A stretch of 16,909 bases of DNA from the UHGV virus genome UHGV-0043514, one strand, 5' to 3'. The position numbers and the translations under genes were made by a program. Shown piece by piece: positions 13,315-16,909 of the stretch; the first letter of the stretch is position 1; each line of letters starts with the position of its first letter. The notes beneath the pieces are model-generated. The model had not been told where the DNA came from and did not search any database. It worked only from the letters and a program-made list of their open reading frames with translations. This DNA is from a virus.

Positions 13315-14043
13315 ATGACAATGAATGAGCTGATAAATAACAATGCCATCAAAATGACAAGCATTGAAATCGCTGAGTTGGTGGGAAGCCAACACGGTAA
13401 TGTCAGAATATCAATAGAACGTCTGGCAAAGCGTGGGGTGATTCAACTTCCTCCAATGCAAAAAGTTGAAAATAAACAAACAATTAGCCCTAACAAATTC
13501 ACAAGCGTGTATATATTCGAAGGCGAACAAGGTAAGCGCGATAGTATCATTGTCGTCGCCCAGTTGTCGCCAGAGTTCACCGCTCGCCTTGTTGACCGCT
13601 GGCGAGAACTCGAAGGGGCAACCGCGAAAATCCCACAAACCTTCTCTGAAGCATTGCGCCTCGCGGCTGACCTTGAAGACCAGAAGGCTGAACTGGAGAA
13701 ACAGCTTGCTCTCGCAGCACCTAAAGTTGATTTTGCCGATCGCGTTGGCGAGGCCAGCGGAATTTTGATTGGAAACTTTGCAAAGGTTGTTGGAATTGGT
13801 CCAAACAAACTGTTTGCGTGGATGCGCGATCACAAAATCCTTATTGCTTCAGGTTCCCGGCGCAATGTGCCAATGCAGGAATATATGGATCGCGGCTATT
13901 TCACAGTGAAAGAAACAGCGGTCAACACAAATCACGGAATACAGATATCGTTCACTACAAAAATCACCGGACGTGGCCAACAGTGGCTGACCAGAAAGTT
14001 GCTCGATAACGGAATGCTGAAAGTAACAGGGGAGGCTGCTTAA
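13315..14043 (+). CDS. Phage antirepressor-type protein: Rha-family N-terminal domain plus KilAC C-terminal domain (242 aa; start may be ATG 13321 or 13354)
   Basis: N-terminus MTSIEIAELVGSQHGNVRISIERLAKRGVIQ (Rha-like); C-terminus DFADRVGEASGILIGNFAKVVGIGPNKLFAWMRDHKILIASGSRRNVPMQEYMDRGYFTVKE (KilAC pattern); GAGAGG Shine-Dalgarno suits ATG 13321. Confidence 0.8.
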   Translation: MTMNELINNNAIKMTSIEIAELVGSQHGNVRISIERLAKRGVIQLPPMQKVENKQTISPNKFTSVYIFEGEQGKRDSIIVVAQLSPEFTARLVDRWRELEGATAKIPQTFSEALRLAADLEDQKAELEKQLALAAPKVDFADRVGEASGILIGNFAKVVGIGPNKLFAWMRDHKILIASGSRRNVPMQEYMDRGYFTVKETAVNTNHGIQISFTTKITGRGQQWLTRKLLDNGMLKVTGEAA

Positions 14044-14333
14044 TGGCTAACCTACGCAAAGAAGCGCGTGGCAGAGAATGCCAGGTACGTATTTACGGCG
14101 TATGCAATGGTAATCCTGAAACTACAGTTCTGGCACATTACCGGATGGCTGGAATTTGCGGAACTGGAATGAAGCCTGACGACCTGATCGGCGCATGGGC
14201 TTGTAGCGCGTGTCACGATGAAATCGACCGACGTACCCATAACCTCGACAACAAAGACGCCAGACTTTACCACCTCGAAGGCGTGATCAGGACGCAGGCG
14301 ATACTGCTGAAGGAGGGGAAGATTAAGTCATGA
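14043..14333 (+). CDS. DUF1364 / YbcO-like zinc-binding protein (NinX-like, 96 aa)
   Basis: ARGRECQVRIYGVCNGNPETTVLAHYR...CSACHDEIDRR; four Cys plus His pattern typical of the YbcO family in lambdoid nin regions; GGAGG Shine-Dalgarno; TAATG overlap with the upstream gene. Confidence 0.7.
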   Translation: MANLRKEARGRECQVRIYGVCNGNPETTVLAHYRMAGICGTGMKPDDLIGAWACSACHDEIDRRTHNLDNKDARLYHLEGVIRTQAILLKEGKIKS

Positions 14334-14692
14334 ACGAATATCAGTTTGTGCTTCCATACCCACCGTCGATGAACACCTACTGGCGAAGACGGGGGAGTCA
14401 ATACTACATCAGCGATAAAGGCCAGAAATACCGAAAAGACGTTCAGCAAATCATCCGCCAACTCAAGTTAGACATTTTCACCAAATCACGACTCCGCATC
14501 AAAGTCATCGCAGACGTTCCAGACTCCCGCCGCCGCGACCTCGACAACATCCTGAAAGGTTTACTCGACTCCCTTATCCACGCCGGATTTGCGGAAGACG
14601 ACGAGCAATTCGATGACATTCGCGTAATTCGTGGTGTGAAAGTACCAGGCGGACGGCTTGGAATAAAAATCACCGAACTGGAGAACGTATGA
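14330..14692 (+). CDS. rusA: RusA Holliday-junction resolvase (120 aa)
   Basis: PPSMNTYWRRRG...DVPDSRRRDLDNILKGLLDSLIHAGFAEDDEQ...GGRLGIKITE parallels E. coli RusA (RRRDLDN motif); ATGA overlap with the upstream gene. Confidence 0.88.
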   Translation: MNEYQFVLPYPPSMNTYWRRRGSQYYISDKGQKYRKDVQQIIRQLKLDIFTKSRLRIKVIADVPDSRRRDLDNILKGLLDSLIHAGFAEDDEQFDDIRVIRGVKVPGGRLGIKITELENV

Positions 14693-14877
14693 ACGCCACA
14701 ATTCAAACGATACCAGAACTTCTTATCCAGACACGAGGCAATCAGACCGAAGTGGCAAGGATGCTTTCCTGCGCAAGAGGAACAGTGCTCAAGTACAACC
14801 GAGACAGCAAAGGTGAGCGTCACGTAATAGTTAACGGCGTCCTGATGGTCAAACAGGGCAAGAGGGGTAGACCATGA
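14689..14877 (+). CDS. ninH: NinH-like protein (62 aa)
   Basis: TIPELLIQTRGNQTEVARMLSCARGTVLKYNRD...VIVNGVLMV parallels lambda NinH (TIPDMLVEAYGNQTEVARRLKCSRGTVRKY...) as recalled. Confidence 0.75.
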   Translation: MNATIQTIPELLIQTRGNQTEVARMLSCARGTVLKYNRDSKGERHVIVNGVLMVKQGKRGRP

Positions 14878-15497
14878 GACTCGAAAGTGTAGCTAAATTT
14901 CATTCGCCAAAAAGCCCGATGATGAGCGACTCACCACGGGCTACGGCTTCTGACTCTCTTTCCGGTACTGATGTGATGGCTGCTATGGGGATGGCACAAT
15001 CACAGGCCGGATTCGGAATGGCTGCATTCTGTGGTAAGCACGAACTCAGCCAGAACGACAAACAAAAGGCTATCAACTATCTGATGCAATTTGCACACAA
15101 GGTATCGGGGAAATACCGTGGTGTGGCAAAGCTCGAAGGAAATACTAAGGCAAAGGTACTGCAAGTGCTCGCAACATTCGCTTATGCGGATTATTGCCGT
15201 AGTGCCGCGACGCCGGGCGCAAGATGCAGAGATTGCCACGGTACAGGCCGTGCGGTTGATATAGCCAAAACGGAGCAGTGGGGGAGAGTTGTTGAGAAAG
15301 AGTGCGGAAGATGCAAAGGTGTCGGCTATTCAAGAATGCCAGCAAGCGCCGCATATCGCGCTGTAACGATGCTAATCCCAAACCTTACTCAACCCACCTG
15401 GTCACGCACTGTTAAGCCGCTGTATGACGCTCTGGTGGTGCAATGCCACAAGGAAGAGTCAATCGCAGACAACATTTTGAATACGGTCACACGTTAG
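14874..15497 (+). CDS. Q: Late-gene antiterminator Q, lambda type (207 aa)
   Basis: MRLESVAKFHSPKSPMMSDSPRATASDSLSGTDVMAAMGMAQSQAGFGMAAFCGKHELSQNDKQKAINYL... matches lambda Q as recalled, including the Zn-finger region CRDCHGTGR...CGRCKG. Confidence 0.93.
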   Translation: MRLESVAKFHSPKSPMMSDSPRATASDSLSGTDVMAAMGMAQSQAGFGMAAFCGKHELSQNDKQKAINYLMQFAHKVSGKYRGVAKLEGNTKAKVLQVLATFAYADYCRSAATPGARCRDCHGTGRAVDIAKTEQWGRVVEKECGRCKGVGYSRMPASAAYRAVTMLIPNLTQPTWSRTVKPLYDALVVQCHKEESIADNILNTVTR

Positions 15498-15539
15498 CTG
15501 CATGATTGCCACGGATGGCAACATATTAACAGCATGATA

Positions 15540-15568
15540 TTGACTTTTTGAATAAAGTTGGGTAAATT
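15540..15568 (+). promoter_or_regulatory. Late promoter pR' (TTGACT, 17 bp, TAAATT) with the overlapping Q-utilisation (qut) region
   Basis: -35 TTGACT at 15540-15545, -10 TAAATT at 15563-15568; immediately downstream of Q, as in lambda. Confidence 0.75.
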
Positions 15569-15604
15569 TGACATCAACGATGGATAAATGCACTCGTTAA
15601 ATAA

Positions 15605-15633
15605 AGCCCTGAGTTAATAGCTCGGGGCTTTTT
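15605..15633 (+). terminator. tR'-type intrinsic terminator (AGCCCUGAG-UUAAUAG-CUCGGGGCU followed by U5)
   Basis: 9-bp stem (one G-U pair), T-run 15629-15633; would give a pR' leader RNA of about 60 nt unless Q-modified polymerase reads through. Confidence 0.65.
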
Positions 15634-15776
15634 GTGTTTTAAGCACGGCCTTTCTGAAAGCACATCAAACCAAATACCAGACAGACAAAAATAATCACCT
15701 TATCCGCTGTGGCTACGGTGCGGTGTGCTTTGCATAAAAGAAAACCAGCGCAATGGCTGGATTCGTGAAAGCGGGT

Positions 15777-15811
15777 GGCAAGAGGTTGCGCTAACAACCT
15801 CCTGCCGTTTT
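15777..15811 (+). terminator. Second terminator-like hairpin upstream of S (GGCAAGAGGTTG-CGCTAA-CAACCTCCTGCC followed by GTTTT)
   Basis: 12-bp stem with one mismatch followed by a short T-run; the sequence from about 15770 to S matches the lambda late-leader region as I recall it. Confidence 0.45.
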
Positions 15812-15910
15812 GCCCGTGCATATCGGTCACGAACAAACCTGATTACTAAACACAGTAGCCTGGATTTGTTCTATCAGTAATCGACCTTATTCCTAATTAA
15901 ATAGAGCAAA

Positions 15911-15940
15911 TCCCCTTATTGGGGGTAAGACATGAAGATG
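15911..15940 (+). promoter_or_regulatory. S dual-start regulatory structure (CCCC-TTATT-GGGG hairpin plus tandem ATG AAG ATG starts)
   Basis: tCCCCttattGGGGgtaagacATGaagATG; the known lambda arrangement giving S107 (antiholin) and S105 (holin). Confidence 0.7.
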
Positions 15941-16255
15941 CCAGAAAAACATGACCTGTTAGCCGCCATTCTCGCGGCAAAGGAACAAGGCATCGGGGCA
16001 ATCCTTGCGTTTGCAATGGCGTACCTTCGCGGCAGATATAATGGCGGTGCGTTTACAAAAACAGTAATCGACGCAACGATGTGCGCCATTATCGCCTGGT
16101 TCATTCGTGACCTTCTCGACTTCGCCGGACTAAGTAGCAATCTCGCTTATATAACGAGCGTGTTCATCGGCTATATCGGCACTGACTCGATTGGTTCGCT
16201 TATCAAACGCTTCGCTGCTAAAAAAGCCGGAGTAGAAGATGGTGGAAATCAATAA
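15932..16255 (+). CDS. S: Holin S (class I, lambda S107/S105; 107 aa)
   Basis: [67 protein letters not shown]... matches lambda S as recalled; three transmembrane segments. Confidence 0.93.
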   Translation: MKMPEKHDLLAAILAAKEQGIGAILAFAMAYLRGRYNGGAFTKTVIDATMCAIIAWFIRDLLDFAGLSSNLAYITSVFIGYIGTDSIGSLIKRFAAKKAGVEDGGNQ

Positions 16256-16715
16256 TCAACGTAAGGCGTTCCTCGATATGCTGGCGTGGTCGGAGGGAAC
16301 TGATAACGGACGTCAGAAAACCAGAAATCATGGTTATGACGTCATTGTTGGCGGAGAGCTATTCACTGATTACTCCGATCACCCTCGCAAACTTGTCACG
16401 CTAAACCCAAAACTCAAATCAACAGCAGCCGGACGTTACCAGCTTCTTTCCCGTTGGTGGGATGCCTATCGTAAGCAGCTTGGCCTGAAAGACTTCTCTC
16501 CGAAAAGCCAGGACGCTGTGGCATTGCAGCAGATTAAAGAGCGTGGCGCTTTACCGATGATTGATCGCGGTGATATCCGTCAGGCAATCGACCGTTGCAG
16601 CAATATCTGGGCTTCACTGCCGGGCGCTGGTTATGGTCAGTTCGAGCATAAGGCTGACAACCTGATTGCAAAATTCAAAGAAGCTGGCGGAACGGTCAGA
16701 GAGATTGAGGTATGA
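16239..16715 (+). CDS. R: Endolysin R (lambda-type lytic transglycosylase, 158 aa)
   Basis: [55 protein letters not shown]... matches lambda R as recalled; overlaps the S stop. Confidence 0.93.
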   Translation: MVEINNQRKAFLDMLAWSEGTDNGRQKTRNHGYDVIVGGELFTDYSDHPRKLVTLNPKLKSTAAGRYQLLSRWWDAYRKQLGLKDFSPKSQDAVALQQIKERGALPMIDRGDIRQAIDRCSNIWASLPGAGYGQFEHKADNLIAKFKEAGGTVREIEV

Positions 16716-16909
16716 GCAGAGTAACCGCGATTATCTCCGCTCTGGTTATCTGCATCATCGTCTGCCTGTCATGGGCTGTTAATCATTACCGTGATAACGC
16801 CATTACCTACAAAGCCCAGCGCGACAAAAATGCCAGAGAACTGAAGCTGGCGAACGCGGCAATTACTGACATGCAGATGCGTCAGCGTGATGTTGCTGCG
16901 CTCGATGCA
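16712..16909 (+). CDS. Rz: Spanin Rz (i-spanin), 5' portion only; continues beyond the window
   Basis: ATG 16712 overlaps the R stop (ATGA); [66 protein letters not shown] matches lambda Rz; the embedded Rz1 would start beyond the window end. Confidence 0.88.
   Translation, partial: MSRVTAIISALVICIIVCLSWAVNHYRDNAITYKAQRDKNARELKLANAAITDMQMRQRDVAALDA

Noticed and set aside
13411-14461. Antisense and alternative-frame ORFs at 13411..13833, 13443..13808, 13466..13768, 13818..14009, 14052..14273 and 14267..14461
   Set aside because: They overlap the Rha/KilAC, DUF1364 and rusA genes, which have clear family signatures; no start signals.
15639-15836. Minus-strand ORF (65 aa) between Q and S
   Set aside because: Lies antisense within the late leader and terminator region, has no ribosome-binding site, and its sequence is not protein-like; also no tRNA-like cloverleaf seen by eye in this interval.

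Overview
This window is the early/regulatory half of a mosaic lambdoid (lambda/P22/phage 21-like) enterobacterial prophage, running from the integrase stop codon (pos 1) to the start of the lysis cassette (Rz runs off the right end). All calls rest on reading the six-frame translations and the DNA by eye and on recalled family knowledge; no database search was run. Leftward (minus-strand) pL-type operon: N antiterminator, cIII, Kil-like, RecT plus a Mu-Gam-like protein, Ea22/Ea8.5-like accessory genes, xis, int. Between cIII and N sits a rightward SieB-like membrane protein. The immunity region is P22-like (c2 repressor, operators with TTAAGA half-sites, cro, cII/c1), with nut sites whose boxB hairpins carry a CUAACC(G) loop. 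Rightward: a replication initiator with internal 12-bp iteron-like repeats and an AT-rich tract, a DnaB-like helicase, then a nin region (NinB, orphan Dam methyltransferase, NinE, DUF1364, RusA, NinH), lambda-type Q, pR'/tR', and S, R, Rz. The most unusual content is an insertion in the nin region (12286-14043): a sigma70-like promoter feeding almost directly into a strong intrinsic terminator, then two antirepressor-like genes (an ORF6N-domain protein with an unassigned C-terminal half, and a Rha/KilAC protein) separated by a second terminator. Other candidates worth follow-up are the SieB-like locus with its upstream repeats, two small membrane proteins coupled to the helicase gene, and several unassigned small proteins in the pL operon. 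No complete known defence system, CRISPR array, tRNA or transposable element was recognised.
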